A stretch of 64,000 bases of DNA from an uncultured Thermodesulfobacteriota bacterium (GTDB lineage: Bacteria > Desulfobacterota > GWC2-55-46 > JADFVP01), in assembly GCA_964472295.1 (NCBI GenBank), contig CAYYJQ010000002.1, positions 32,074-96,073 of the forward strand. Direction: 5' to 3'. Positions 1-9,654 of the stretch are shown here, piece by piece (the first letter of the stretch is position 1; each line of letters begins with the position of its first letter). The translations under genes were made by a program, and so were the position numbers. Below the pieces are notes generated by a model. It saw only the letters and a list, made by a program, of their open reading frames with translations, was not told where the DNA came from and did no database searches.

Positions 1-1076
1 ACCGAGTTTGCCGAAGACAGGATGCTTGCCGCCTGATACGAGGTTCCAGTACCAGACCATCTTTGGCCCTGAAGATATGATGAGCAGGGTGCGTTGAACG
101 ATCTCACTGGCGTGAAGCCTGTCCCTTCTCTCCTCCAGTTCCTCGGGGATATTATGCGCGAACATTCTAACATCAGGAGGATACCCCTTCAACCCACGGT
201 CAAAGACCGAATAATCTTTTTTGATCACCCTCTTGAGTTTTCCCAGCACCTTCCTGTCTGGATACTCCATCGGCGTAGGACCGCCGTACTCGGTAACGAC
301 CATGGGCTTGGAGAGACCGAGCTCGTTCATCTTTTCCTTGAACCAGTTAATCCTGTAGGGAATATCGTAAAGGTCGTTGTATATATGGAGGTCGAAGATG
401 TCAAAGTACTTGCTCCCGTGCTTGAAGACATATTCAATTACCTCGTGCCGGGCAGGGGCCGCACCCATAAAATGCCCAGAATGCCCCCCAAAGATAACCA
501 TCGCGTCAGGGTTAACCCCCTTAACGGTCTGAGAAAAGGCCTTTAGCAGCCTGACATAATTCGCTGGCGTATCGTCCCAGAACTTCCTGCTATCGATCTC
601 CCAGTCACACTCAAAGTACCTGACCTTTCCCTCGGTCCTCTCGACGAGCTCACGGACAAAGCTCTTGTAATGCTCCATATCCTTGGGCATGGACGCTTCG
701 CCCCTTGAGGTCCAGGGGCTGTTTGTCTTTATCCTTATAAGGGCCCTGTCGCCATCTCTCAACTGTTTCACAAAGTTGTCAACAGCCCTCCAGTTACGGT
801 GGCCCTTCCGGGGCTCTACCTCCTTCCACCTGATATTGATATGGGTGGAGTTGATATTAAGCTCCCTTATATAATTCAGGAACTTACCCCCCTTGTAAAA
901 TCCACCATAGGCCACGCCGAGGGGGTTCTCATCAAACTCCACCTTACCGCCGAACTCTACTGCGCTATTAAATCTACCTCCCTGGTGCGCGCTTACGTCC
1001 CTGTCCGCACCCATAAAAAACAACATCAGCAGAAATACACCAGATAGAGCCTTTGTTAATGCAGATCTTCGCGTCA
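1..1076 (-). CDS. secreted glycoside hydrolase, TIM-barrel clan GH-A-like (GH5/GH42-like); 3' end runs off the window
   Basis: Not in the ORF track because there is no stop in the window. Minus-strand translation from the ATG at 1076..1074 reads MTRRSALTKALSGVFLLMLFF (signal peptide) ... HINIRWKEVEP ... KMNELGLSKPMVVTEYGGP, giving a TEYG-type nucleophile context. The gap to the upstream gene at 1109 is 32 nt. Confidence 0.5.
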
Positions 1077-1108
1077 TGGTCGCTCCTTAAATAAACAAGA
1101 ACAAATAC

Positions 1109-3115
1109 TCAGGGTATGGAGTGATGAACTACTGACTCACCCTGTGGCGAAATCTCAACCCAGCTGACGAACCTTCTGTTACCGTTCAATACCAGGACCC
1201 TCGGGTTGAGCACTTTGCTATTAATGGCGTTGCTTAGCTTCACGGGGCTCGTCCAGACCGCCCCGTCATACTTCATGTAATAGACCTCTCCGTGACCGTC
1301 CCTGTAGTCAACCCACGCGAGGTACAGAAAGTTGGCATCTCCGGCGGCGGTGGGATACCAGGCGTTTACGCCGCTTAGAGTGGGATGCACAGGAACAGAC
1401 CACGTAAGCCCGCCATCTACAGACTTGGACATGAATATCTCCCAGGGGCCCTTCCTGTTATCTACAAAAAAGAGATAGGGCTCTGACTTAAATACCGTAA
1501 CAAAAGGGGTGATGGATTGAGCGCGGTCATCGCCGATGTCAACGGGCGCACCCCAGAGAGCAGACTTAGATGGTCTGCTCATAATGTAAACGTCCCAGTC
1601 ACCGGCAACTCCGTGTCTAACAAGTCTCTGATAGGCCATCACCAGGCCCTGCCCCAGATATTCGGCACTAATCCCCGCAGGAAAAGAGATCCCCTCGGCG
1701 ATCACCTCTTTCTGTCTCTTAGCATTAACATGGTAGGCATACTTTGCCTTTATGGCGCCAAACTCCTCTGTATACAGAATCGCTTTGCCTCGGCTGTCCG
1801 AGACCACGATAGGCTCGTAGACCCAGGCCGGTTTGGTGCTGGCCGTCTCTATGACGCTCTTGGCCACTATATGCTCTGAGTCCCATGTCTGGCCAAAATC
1901 AGGGCTGTTACGGTACTTGAGAGACCAGAGCCCGCCCTTAAGGTCTATCCATATCACATGGAGGCCGTCCTTGTTAACAGAAATATCAGAGAACTTTGTC
2001 ATAACGCCACTGGCGCTCAACTGGAGCGACGGAGACCAGGACCTTGTGGCGTCGTCATACATTGAAAAATAGACTTCATAGACCCCGCTACTGTTGTCGC
2101 GCCAGACCTTATAGGCCTTTCCTTCATAGGAAGCAGTACGGAGGTCTCTTAAATGGACATCAAATGTGCCAGAATAGTTAAAAAAATCTACTATGCTGTT
2201 TCCCTCTGCAAAAGGGGTCTCAAACCCCATGAGTTCACCTATCGTTGGGGCGATGTCAACATGATAGTACTGAGTGGAAACTTGCATGTTCGCCGGGGAG
2301 TCAGGTCCGAGTATCAAAAGCATAATATCCCTGTCCCCGTCACACATGCCCGTATGGTTCTGGAAACCACCATGAGCGTTATCATGGCGTCCATGATCTG
2401 TAGTTATGATAAGGGTTGTATTGTCCTTGTAGAAGGGGTCGGTCTGGATATGGTTCCATAACTCGGCCACATAATTGTCGGCTGTCCTGATGGTATTGAC
2501 ATAATTGTTCCAGTCACCGCTGTGACCGCTCAGGTCTACGTCCTCGAAGTTGATAAAGAGGAGCCTCGGATGGTCTGTGTCGAGCACGGAGAGGGCCTTC
2601 TGATAGGTCTGGTCATCAGGTCCTGTTATGGCGAGTTTTGCCGCGTAATCTATCCCGTAGCCCGGGTAGATGCTGTAATTTATCATATTAAGAGAACCTT
2701 TTCCAACGACCGCCCAGGTCTCACGCTGAGTGAGACCGAGGCCCTTTCTGGCGTACTCGAAGATCGTTGGGGTCTCGGGCCGGGCATTCATCCATCTCTC
2801 GGTGTTAGGTGCCCAATGCCATCTACCGGTAATGATATTGTAATGCCCGGGGGTAGTATACGTAGCGAAAACGTTCTTGAAATTTGTAAAAGCAGTCCCC
2901 TGCGGACGGAGCTCGCCCCATATGCGCGGTATATAGGGATGTGTTACTTCTCCCGGGTTAAAGCGGTACTTCAAGGCCTCTGTATTCCTGAGCCCATCAA
3001 TGGTAATGACTATGACGTTTCTGGTGGTATAGGCAAGGGCACGATGCGAAAGCCCCAGGGTGAGGGTCAGGAAGAGAAGAAAGACTGACAAGTATCTCGA
3101 TATGGATAGCCGCAA
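1109..3115 (-). CDS. secreted nucleotide pyrophosphatase/phosphodiesterase (alkaline-phosphatase superfamily, NPP-type) fused to C-terminal BNR/Asp-box repeats
   Basis: N-terminal signal peptide MRLSISRYLSVFLLFLTLTLGLSHRALA. NPP-type core motifs VIVITIDGLR, TTPGHYNIITG and ITTDHGRHDNAHGG. The C-terminal half carries Asp-box repeats SVDGGLTWS and DFGQTWD. Confidence 0.7.
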   Translation of the reverse strand: MRLSISRYLSVFLLFLTLTLGLSHRALAYTTRNVIVITIDGLRNTEALKYRFNPGEVTHPYIPRIWGELRPQGTAFTNFKNVFATYTTPGHYNIITGRWHWAPNTERWMNARPETPTIFEYARKGLGLTQRETWAVVGKGSLNMINYSIYPGYGIDYAAKLAITGPDDQTYQKALSVLDTDHPRLLFINFEDVDLSGHSGDWNNYVNTIRTADNYVAELWNHIQTDPFYKDNTTLIITTDHGRHDNAHGGFQNHTGMCDGDRDIMLLILGPDSPANMQVSTQYYHVDIAPTIGELMGFETPFAEGNSIVDFFNYSGTFDVHLRDLRTASYEGKAYKVWRDNSSGVYEVYFSMYDDATRSWSPSLQLSASGVMTKFSDISVNKDGLHVIWIDLKGGLWSLKYRNSPDFGQTWDSEHIVAKSVIETASTKPAWVYEPIVVSDSRGKAILYTEEFGAIKAKYAYHVNAKRQKEVIAEGISFPAGISAEYLGQGLVMAYQRLVRHGVAGDWDVYIMSRPSKSALWGAPVDIGDDRAQSITPFVTVFKSEPYLFFVDNRKGPWEIFMSKSVDGGLTWSVPVHPTLSGVNAWYPTAAGDANFLYLAWVDYRDGHGEVYYMKYDGAVWTSPVKLSNAINSKVLNPRVLVLNGNRRFVSWVEISPQGESVVHHSIP

Positions 3116-3180
3116 GATTAACCCCTGGCTTCAGATATGATAGACACGTTGAGAGCGCCCGGGTATTTCATAAGGGACCT

Positions 3181-3208
3181 CTCCTTAATTCAGGGACGAA
3201 TTAAGGAG
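3181..3208. repeat. hairpin CTCCTTAATTC-AGGGAC-GAATTAAGGAG, member of a motif family also at 59901..59930 and 60042..60069
   Basis: Perfect 11-bp stem. The loop is the reverse complement of the GTCCCG/GTCCCT loops of the copies near the porin gene. It lies about 90 nt 5' of the minus-strand start at 3115. Confidence 0.6.
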
Positions 3209-3294
3209 AAACCAACCTTTAGAGACAGCAAGAGGAGTATGCTTACGAATTAAAGAGTCCTCTATTCATAAAGCCGCCTCCATGCCTTGTTGAA

Positions 3295-5703
3295 TCATTG
3301 AACTACATCAATGGCGTCCAGGGGCACAACTCCTCCGCTGGACAGGGGGTTCCTGCTCCCGCTTACCTCAATCCTCAGCGTATGCGTCCCAGCCGTTGGC
3401 CCGGAATACTCAAAGACCGGGACAGAGACCCTTGACGTTGGTGAATAAAGGTCAACAGACTGAACAAATACATCATCAACAAATACATCGGCTATCCCGT
3501 GGCTGGGGCCCATGGCTGACATCCAGCGTACAAGCCTCCCATAGAACTGGAATTGCATATAGTTTCCCGTATGGCTGGAAAACTTTAGTGTTCCGCCGCT
3601 CAAGGCAGGGTCGTCATGGTCGTTCCATTGTCCTTTATAGTATATGAGGTCACTGCTTTCTTCATAACGGTTAAGGTACTGTACGCCGCTCCAGGTGGCG
3701 CCACCATCGAGTGACCTGAAAAGCCCTTTGTAAGTGCCTGCGAAGATGGTTCCGTCAACTGCGAAGTTCGGCGATAGCTCTATGCACCTTACCATGTTAG
3801 GTAATAGTCCCGTACTGCTGAGACTCCAGCTAGCGCCACTATCAGTACTCTTGTAAACCCCTCCCACAAGCGTGCCGGCAAATACCACATGGTCCTTAAG
3901 ATAATTCGGTGAGAGTGCGAGGGCGTTAACCGTACTGTATGGCAGGCCGTTATTCATGGCAACCCAGGTCTGCCCATCGTCAGTGGACCTGAATACCCCG
4001 TCTCCTGATGTGCCGATAAATATGGTTCTGTCCAGGGAGTAGGATGGCGAGAGGCCTATCACCTCTGCGGACACATGCTCTATTCCCAGATTGACGGCAA
4101 TCCATGAATTCCCACGGTCGCTCGACTTGTATATGCCCCGTCTCGTGACGCTGACAAAGACCGTGCCGTCTCTTGCGTAGTCCGGCGATACGGCAATCGC
4201 CCTTATGCCGGGATTGGGCGGCAGACCGGTATTCGCCTGGGTCCACGTTACTCCGCCGTCTACTGAGCGGAAGACCCCCTCACCGTACTCCGATGAGGCG
4301 AAAACAGTCTGGTCAACAAAAAAGTTTGGCGACAACTTGAGCTGGCGCGCATATAACGTGGAGCCTGGTCTCAAGGGATAAAAGTTCCACGTCCCACCCC
4401 CGTCTACTGTCTTGTAAACGCCGAGGTCTGTGCCGAGGAGCACTGTCCTGTCAAGGATATAGGCAGGGGAAATATCAATGGGGTCGATATAGGTATTGGT
4501 AATTGTCTTGTTTTTAACCCTCCACGTCTCGCCATGGGTAGTCGACTTCAAGACGCCCCCCCCGTATGTTCCGGCAAAGACCGTTCCGTCCAGGGCATAT
4601 GTGGCTGATACGGCGATGGAACGGTTCGTGGTCTGGGGAATAACGTTGGCGGAGAGCCAGATGTTGCCCTGTGTGTTTGAATAAAAGAGACCTTCAAAGG
4701 TGGCGATGTAAAGGGTTTTATCAGAGAGATAGGCAGGTGATATCTCTATATCTCTAAAGTGGAAAGTCGTCTGAGGCGAGAGGTGCTGGAGGCCGTTGTT
4801 CAGTTCCTGCCAGGTAGCGCCGCCGTCTTTGGAGCGAAAGACGCCGGAGCCCTGGGAGATGCAAAACATATGGCTATTGGGGGCAACCTCCACGTCACTG
4901 ATATTAAGGTCTGGAAGCCCGGTATTTATGGCCGACCAGGTACTTCCATCATCAATGCTCTTGAATACACCACCGCCTATGGTAGAGGCCACAACCGTGT
5001 GAGTTGTAAGATAAGACGGTGAGACCGCAACAGAGGTGACATCGAGGCTTGTCAACCCTATATTTACAGTACTCCAGCTACCCCCGGTATCGATGCTTTT
5101 GTATATTCCGTACCCCTGCACCGAGACGAAAACCGTAAAGGCCGCGCCGTAGGTAGTGCCGAGCTCTATCGCGGTAACAGCGCCGGCGCCGGCGCCGGTA
5201 TTTAACGAGGTCCACGTCTGCCCGCCATCAATGGACTTGTATACAAGCCCCCCATCGGTTCCGAGGAAGAGGGTCCGGTCTATTGAGAATGAAGGAGAGA
5301 TTGCCAGCGCCGTAACGCTCGGAGTCCCTATGCCGTTGTTGCTGGCGGTCCATGACTCCCCGCCGTCAGTGGAGACGTATACACCGGAAACGGTCCCGGC
5401 GAAGATGATTCCGTCAGTCGTGAAATCAGGTGAAAAAACAGCGGCCTGAACCTTTATGTTCGACATGGGGTCTGTAGGCGGATAAAAACTCATACCCCCG
5501 TCCACGGACTTGAAGAGCACGTTCTTCTCATCGAGATCGATAAGGAGAGTGCTGTCTGAGGCGAAAGCAGGGCTTAGCGCCACTATACTAATGGGGTCAT
5601 GAGGCTGATGCGCAAAGGCACCTGTGGGAAAGAGCCCTACCATCCCAAGACATAAGGAAAGAACAATACACCCTATTAACCTTCTCAAATCCATCTTCAA
5701 CAT
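3295..5703 (-). CDS. secreted BNR/Asp-box repeat protein (tandem beta-propellers) with a C-terminal carbohydrate-binding-like beta-sandwich domain
   Basis: Signal peptide. At least 11 SxDxGxTW repeats, for example STDGGESWT, SIDGGQTWT, SKDGGATWQ, STDDGQTWV and SLDGGATWS. The C-terminal roughly 140 aa reads ...GTHTLRIEVSG...VPLDAIDVVQ, typical of CBM-like sandwiches. Confidence 0.7.
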   Translation of the reverse strand: MLKMDLRRLIGCIVLSLCLGMVGLFPTGAFAHQPHDPISIVALSPAFASDSTLLIDLDEKNVLFKSVDGGMSFYPPTDPMSNIKVQAAVFSPDFTTDGIIFAGTVSGVYVSTDGGESWTASNNGIGTPSVTALAISPSFSIDRTLFLGTDGGLVYKSIDGGQTWTSLNTGAGAGAVTAIELGTTYGAAFTVFVSVQGYGIYKSIDTGGSWSTVNIGLTSLDVTSVAVSPSYLTTHTVVASTIGGGVFKSIDDGSTWSAINTGLPDLNISDVEVAPNSHMFCISQGSGVFRSKDGGATWQELNNGLQHLSPQTTFHFRDIEISPAYLSDKTLYIATFEGLFYSNTQGNIWLSANVIPQTTNRSIAVSATYALDGTVFAGTYGGGVLKSTTHGETWRVKNKTITNTYIDPIDISPAYILDRTVLLGTDLGVYKTVDGGGTWNFYPLRPGSTLYARQLKLSPNFFVDQTVFASSEYGEGVFRSVDGGVTWTQANTGLPPNPGIRAIAVSPDYARDGTVFVSVTRRGIYKSSDRGNSWIAVNLGIEHVSAEVIGLSPSYSLDRTIFIGTSGDGVFRSTDDGQTWVAMNNGLPYSTVNALALSPNYLKDHVVFAGTLVGGVYKSTDSGASWSLSSTGLLPNMVRCIELSPNFAVDGTIFAGTYKGLFRSLDGGATWSGVQYLNRYEESSDLIYYKGQWNDHDDPALSGGTLKFSSHTGNYMQFQFYGRLVRWMSAMGPSHGIADVFVDDVFVQSVDLYSPTSRVSVPVFEYSGPTAGTHTLRIEVSGSRNPLSSGGVVPLDAIDVVQ

Positions 5704-5726
5704 GATAATCCTTCTCTTACCAGGAC

Positions 5727-7973
5727 CTAAGGCTGAATGGTGAATGCAAAGTGCCCTTCATTCCATACCCTTGAGTAAGACCCTACAAAAGCGTTATAGG
5801 TGTAATTAGACGTGCCTGCGCCTAATGGTATATCGTGACTCATTACCTTGCTGATAGACGAATGGGCCTTTATGGTAAGCGGAACAGGATCAATGAACTC
5901 ACCCGCCGCCGGATACTTCGTACCATTGGGCAAGGTTATGTTGGTCCAGTAATCAAAGGTCAGGTCAACATTTGAGTCGTTAGTAAGAGTGAGGAGGTAT
6001 TTTAGCTTGCCTCCCAAGGGGACAGCAACACTTTCGGGTGTCAAGGTCATGGTCACGCTCGGTTCGGTCAGGGTCAGGAGGTTGTCCGCCGCAACATTAT
6101 AGAGCGTCTGCATAATTCCGCTTGGCCACCTTACTGTAAGCGAATCCACTGTCTGGCTTGTGCCAAGGCCAAAGTGTATGATCTGAGAATTTTGCGAAAA
6201 ACGCGAAGCCCCGCCGGTCTGTTGCCTTGTAGCTGTTCTGGCTCCAATAGTTGCCCTGACCGTAGCGCCTACGGAATCACGGTTATCAACCGAGCCCACG
6301 AGTTTGACCTTGAGCCAGTGGTTGAGGTTTCCATTATTGTGATAAAGGAGGTGGGGGCCGAAACTGAAAGGGGCCATGCCGAAACCGTTAGCGACAAAGA
6401 TGTCCATAAAGCCATTATTGTCATAGTCGCCGATAGCGGCGTTCTCTCCCCTGCCGCCCACATTCGCCTCGACGCCGCTTAATGCGGCGACCTCGGTAAA
6501 GGTCTTGTCTCCGTTATTCATGTACAGGGTGTTGGGCGCGTTGAAGATATGGTCGAGATTAACGACATAGAGGTCGAGATACCCGTCATTGTCAAAGTCG
6601 GCCCAGTTCGCCGAGATGCTGACAGAAAGGTCTGCCGTGTTGGAGGCCGCTGATACGTCGGTAAAGGTTCCGTCTCCCATGTTTTCAAAGAGAATATTGG
6701 GGAATAACTTGAGACTGAACATATCGAAGTTAAAGGGCGTAACAGAAGTTATCGCACCGCCGCTCTTGATAATGCCGGTAAAACTCTCGCCAGAACGGGT
6801 AGAAACTGTCGTGCTCCTAAGGTACCACGTCCCGGCCTCTTCCCAGACGTAGTACGCTGTCTCGGCGCCAGGTGTATAGGCGGGTTTACCGTGAACCTCG
6901 GGAGACCATGACGCCACAGTGAAGGGCATGGACGCCGGATGGACCCCGCTTGCGCCGATGTAGACCTGTGAGGGGTCCACACGCACCTGAAAATTAGATA
7001 TGTCAAATGTAACGGCAGTGCCGGTGGTCGTAAAATCTACGCCCTTCTCGTCCCCCCCGAAGACATCGGTCATGAAATATATGCCACTGCCGTCCCATTG
7101 AATGGTGTCATTTTCGGCGCCCCGTGCAAGGTATAGATCCATATCGCCGTCATTGTCATAGTCTCCCCATGTAAAATCCTGGGCGTAGAATTGCCCACCA
7201 AGACCTGCGGCGTCAGTTACGTCCGTGTAAACTCCGCCGCCGTCATTTCGAAAGAGCATTACCCTGTCTCGGGACTGGAGGTAAATGTCCATTAGGTTGT
7301 CATTGTTGTAATCAACGGCAGTGCCCATGATGGCGCCCATGGCGCTCAGGCCAAGAGAGGGGCCCACGTCCGTAAATGTATCGTCTCCGTTGTTCCTCAT
7401 GAGCGTGGAAGGGTATCCGGTAAGTCTCTCACTACAGAGATACAAGTCAAGGCGTCCATCGAGGTCGTAATCAACCCAGAAACCTCCTCTTGACCGGGCG
7501 TGCGGCACGTCCAGACCAGCAGTAACGGCAATCTCCTCGAAGAGGCCTGTGCCGAGGTTTTTGTAAAGCTTGTTACGGCCCCCACCCTGTGACCGGTTAC
7601 CCCCCTGGGCCTGAAAAAGGTCTTCAAAACCATCGTTGTTGTAGTCGCCCCAGACCGCGCCGTGAAAGTCGCCCACAGGGACGATACCGTAACTATCGGC
7701 CACGTTCTGAAAGGTAAGGTCACCAAGGTTCATAAAGAGCGCTGGCGGGGTCTGCACGTCGGCATGTTGCAACGAATAGTGGTGATTCCCGATATATATG
7801 TCCTCGAGGCCGTCGTTGTTTACATCTCCCCAGGAGACTCCCCATGTGGGTGATACCTGGCTTACTCCTGCCTGGGCCGACACCTCTGTAAAAGAGGTCT
7901 GCGCCGAGGCCTGACCGCTGAACACACTTAAAGAAAGAATAATAATCGCCAGTATTGGAATAATTTTTTTCAT
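5727..7973 (-). CDS. secreted FG-GAP/VCBS-repeat protein with C-terminal ASPIC/UnbV domain (CRTAC1-like)
   Basis: Repeated DYNNDGFEDLF, DYDLDGRLDLYL, DFDNDGYLDLYVVN and DYDNNGFMDIFVANG Ca-binding FG-GAP motifs. An UnbV/ASPIC-like tail reads VGATVRATIG...SLTVRWPSG. The ORF extends to 8015, but the start is likely the Met at 7973, which begins the signal peptide MKKIIPILAIIILSLSVFSGQASA. It abuts the downstream gene with a 23-nt gap, so they are co-transcribed. Confidence 0.75.
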   Translation of the reverse strand: MKKIIPILAIIILSLSVFSGQASAQTSFTEVSAQAGVSQVSPTWGVSWGDVNNDGLEDIYIGNHHYSLQHADVQTPPALFMNLGDLTFQNVADSYGIVPVGDFHGAVWGDYNNDGFEDLFQAQGGNRSQGGGRNKLYKNLGTGLFEEIAVTAGLDVPHARSRGGFWVDYDLDGRLDLYLCSERLTGYPSTLMRNNGDDTFTDVGPSLGLSAMGAIMGTAVDYNNDNLMDIYLQSRDRVMLFRNDGGGVYTDVTDAAGLGGQFYAQDFTWGDYDNDGDMDLYLARGAENDTIQWDGSGIYFMTDVFGGDEKGVDFTTTGTAVTFDISNFQVRVDPSQVYIGASGVHPASMPFTVASWSPEVHGKPAYTPGAETAYYVWEEAGTWYLRSTTVSTRSGESFTGIIKSGGAITSVTPFNFDMFSLKLFPNILFENMGDGTFTDVSAASNTADLSVSISANWADFDNDGYLDLYVVNLDHIFNAPNTLYMNNGDKTFTEVAALSGVEANVGGRGENAAIGDYDNNGFMDIFVANGFGMAPFSFGPHLLYHNNGNLNHWLKVKLVGSVDNRDSVGATVRATIGARTATRQQTGGASRFSQNSQIIHFGLGTSQTVDSLTVRWPSGIMQTLYNVAADNLLTLTEPSVTMTLTPESVAVPLGGKLKYLLTLTNDSNVDLTFDYWTNITLPNGTKYPAAGEFIDPVPLTIKAHSSISKVMSHDIPLGAGTSNYTYNAFVGSYSRVWNEGHFAFTIQP

Positions 7974-8042
7974 GAATAAACGAAGACCCATCTTATACAA
8001 CCCCACGAAGTCCACATAATAACCAACAAGGTTATGGAAGGT

Positions 8043-8062
8043 CTCTTTAATTCAGACTTTCC
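8043..8062. promoter_or_regulatory. CTCTTTAATTCAGACTTTCC motif 5' of the FG-GAP/BNR/NPP/GH operon
   Basis: It shares CTCTTTAAT with 59901..59909 and AAT(T)CAGACTTTCC with the direct repeats at 60172..60200. Confidence 0.4.
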
Positions 8063-8109
8063 AACGGTGAAAATATGCGCCGCCATCTTCAAGGTTTGTC
8101 AGCCCTTGA

Positions 8110-8140
8110 AAATGCAAAAAAACCGCGTTTTTTTGCATTT
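8110..8140. repeat. 31-bp palindrome AAATGCAAAAAAA-CCGCG-TTTTTTTGCATTT
   Basis: Perfect 13-bp arms. A similar A-tract/CGCGG/T-tract palindrome GAAAAAGAAAAAA-CGCGG-TTTTTCTTTTTC lies at 60074..60105. It sits in the 400-bp spacer between the EPS locus and the secreted-enzyme operon. Confidence 0.6.
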
Positions 8141-8414
8141 CATCTCCCCTTATTTCAAGGACGAACTAAGAGGAGGTTCCCTATATTAAAAAAACAATGT
8201 AGCCATATGCTACGGCATTATACATAATTTCAAGATATTTTGCAAGCCGTTGCCCCATGGAGGGAAGGCATCATTAACCATATTTTACAGGCCCCTCCAG
8301 TAGCCCATGACCTGAACCTGGTTTACGCTACGATAGAACCCATGGCCAAACAGGGACCTTCAAAATGGAGAGTTTCCCATGATTTTCCTGAGTCGTACAA
8401 CATCTCCCTTCGTA

Positions 8415-9578
8415 TCATCCTCTTGCGGCCATATCATACACCCTCAGTATATTCTCCATCATGGTATGGACCGAAAACCTATCTTCTACGAAGCGCCTTC
8501 CCTCTTCTGCAAGCCTCTTTCTAAGAGCAGGCTCGCTTAATAGTCTCAAGATGGCCTTGCCGAGTCCCTGCTCATCACCTGCCCTCACAAGCAGTCCCGT
8601 CTTCTCGTGTATTACGGTCTTACTGATTTCGTCTACGTCTGTTGCCACAACGGCCTTTTCATGGGCCATGGCCTCTACGAGCACGAGACCCTGACTCTCA
8701 GTGGAAGAACATAGCACCAAAATGTCCATGGCACTGTACACGGCGTCCATGTCGTTACGCCAGCCCGTGAAGACAACGCTATCGCCCATGCCGAGCTCGG
8801 CGGCGAGCCTCTTAAGGCCCCCCATCAGCGCTCCATCGCCTACTACGAGAAAACGCGCATCCGCCTTGGCCTTAAGCACCCCGGCGGCCGCCCGGAGGAA
8901 GTGGTCGTGGTTCTTCACCGGGACCATCCTTCCTACGATAGCCACAACAGGTGCCCCTGCGCTGATGTCAAACTCTCTCCTAATGTCTGAAGACTCATCC
9001 CCAGCACCGGCCTCGGGAAGGAGTATGCCGTGAGGTATGGTCTCGATCTTCTCCTCACCCACCCCCTGCTCGATGAGCCTTTTCCTTATGCCCCCAGAGA
9101 CGGCGATAAACTTCTTTGTAAACCCGGACATGAGCCTGTCGACCTGAAAAAACAACCTTGCGCCAAGGGGGCTCTTCTCAAGCCCGGCGAGTTCGTCTAT
9201 CATGTAACTGTGCATGGTGGTAACAACGGGAACACCTGCAAGCCTCGCCGAGAGCCTCCCGTAAAAATTGCTGTTTATGGTATGCGTGTGCATCACATCT
9301 ATCCGGTTTCTCTTAAGATAGATGTACAGCCTCGCCACAAGGGCAGGGTCCAGGGGCATGTATTTGGGTATCAGTTCATAGGGTACTCCAAGGTCCTCGG
9401 CCACACGCTGACCCGGACCGGGTATGAAAAAAACCACCCTGACGTCGGCCCTTTCACGGGCCTCCCTGGCAAGCGTCAGGACATGGGTAAGGGCCCCACC
9501 GCCCTGGGCGTCTATAAGGCAGGCTATCCTGAGTCTTCTCCCGCGCCCTCCTCTCCTGGTTCCCGCCCTTGTCCTCAA
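8415..9578 (-). CDS. GT4-family glycosyltransferase (GT-B fold)
   Basis: EX7E-type motif EAMAHEKAVVATDVDEISKTVIHEKTGLLV and a GT-B C-domain. The N-terminus from the ORF track (MRTRAGTRRGG...) is probably over-extended. Confidence 0.75.
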   Translation of the reverse strand: MRTRAGTRRGGRGRRLRIACLIDAQGGGALTHVLTLAREARERADVRVVFFIPGPGQRVAEDLGVPYELIPKYMPLDPALVARLYIYLKRNRIDVMHTHTINSNFYGRLSARLAGVPVVTTMHSYMIDELAGLEKSPLGARLFFQVDRLMSGFTKKFIAVSGGIRKRLIEQGVGEEKIETIPHGILLPEAGAGDESSDIRREFDISAGAPVVAIVGRMVPVKNHDHFLRAAAGVLKAKADARFLVVGDGALMGGLKRLAAELGMGDSVVFTGWRNDMDAVYSAMDILVLCSSTESQGLVLVEAMAHEKAVVATDVDEISKTVIHEKTGLLVRAGDEQGLGKAILRLLSEPALRKRLAEEGRRFVEDRFSVHTMMENILRVYDMAARG

Positions 9579-9654
9579 ACCCGTCCTCTATTGATATATG
9601 CAGACATGCACGCGCCGCGCTAAAAACCCCACCAACGCCCCCTTGGGCGCCCCC

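Noticed and set aside
94-546. Plus-strand ORF of 150 aa (also 683..874 and 799..1047)
   Set aside because: It lies antisense to a clear minus-strand glycoside-hydrolase reading frame. That frame has a signal peptide, an HINIRWKEVEP segment and a TEYG motif, and it runs off the window. The plus-strand composition is not protein-like.
8240-8524. 94-aa plus-strand ORF in and beyond the 8016..8414 spacer
   Set aside because: It overlaps the 3' end of the minus-strand GT4 gene. There is no ribosome-binding site and no recognisable domain, and the spacer is better explained by the palindrome and upstream motif elements.
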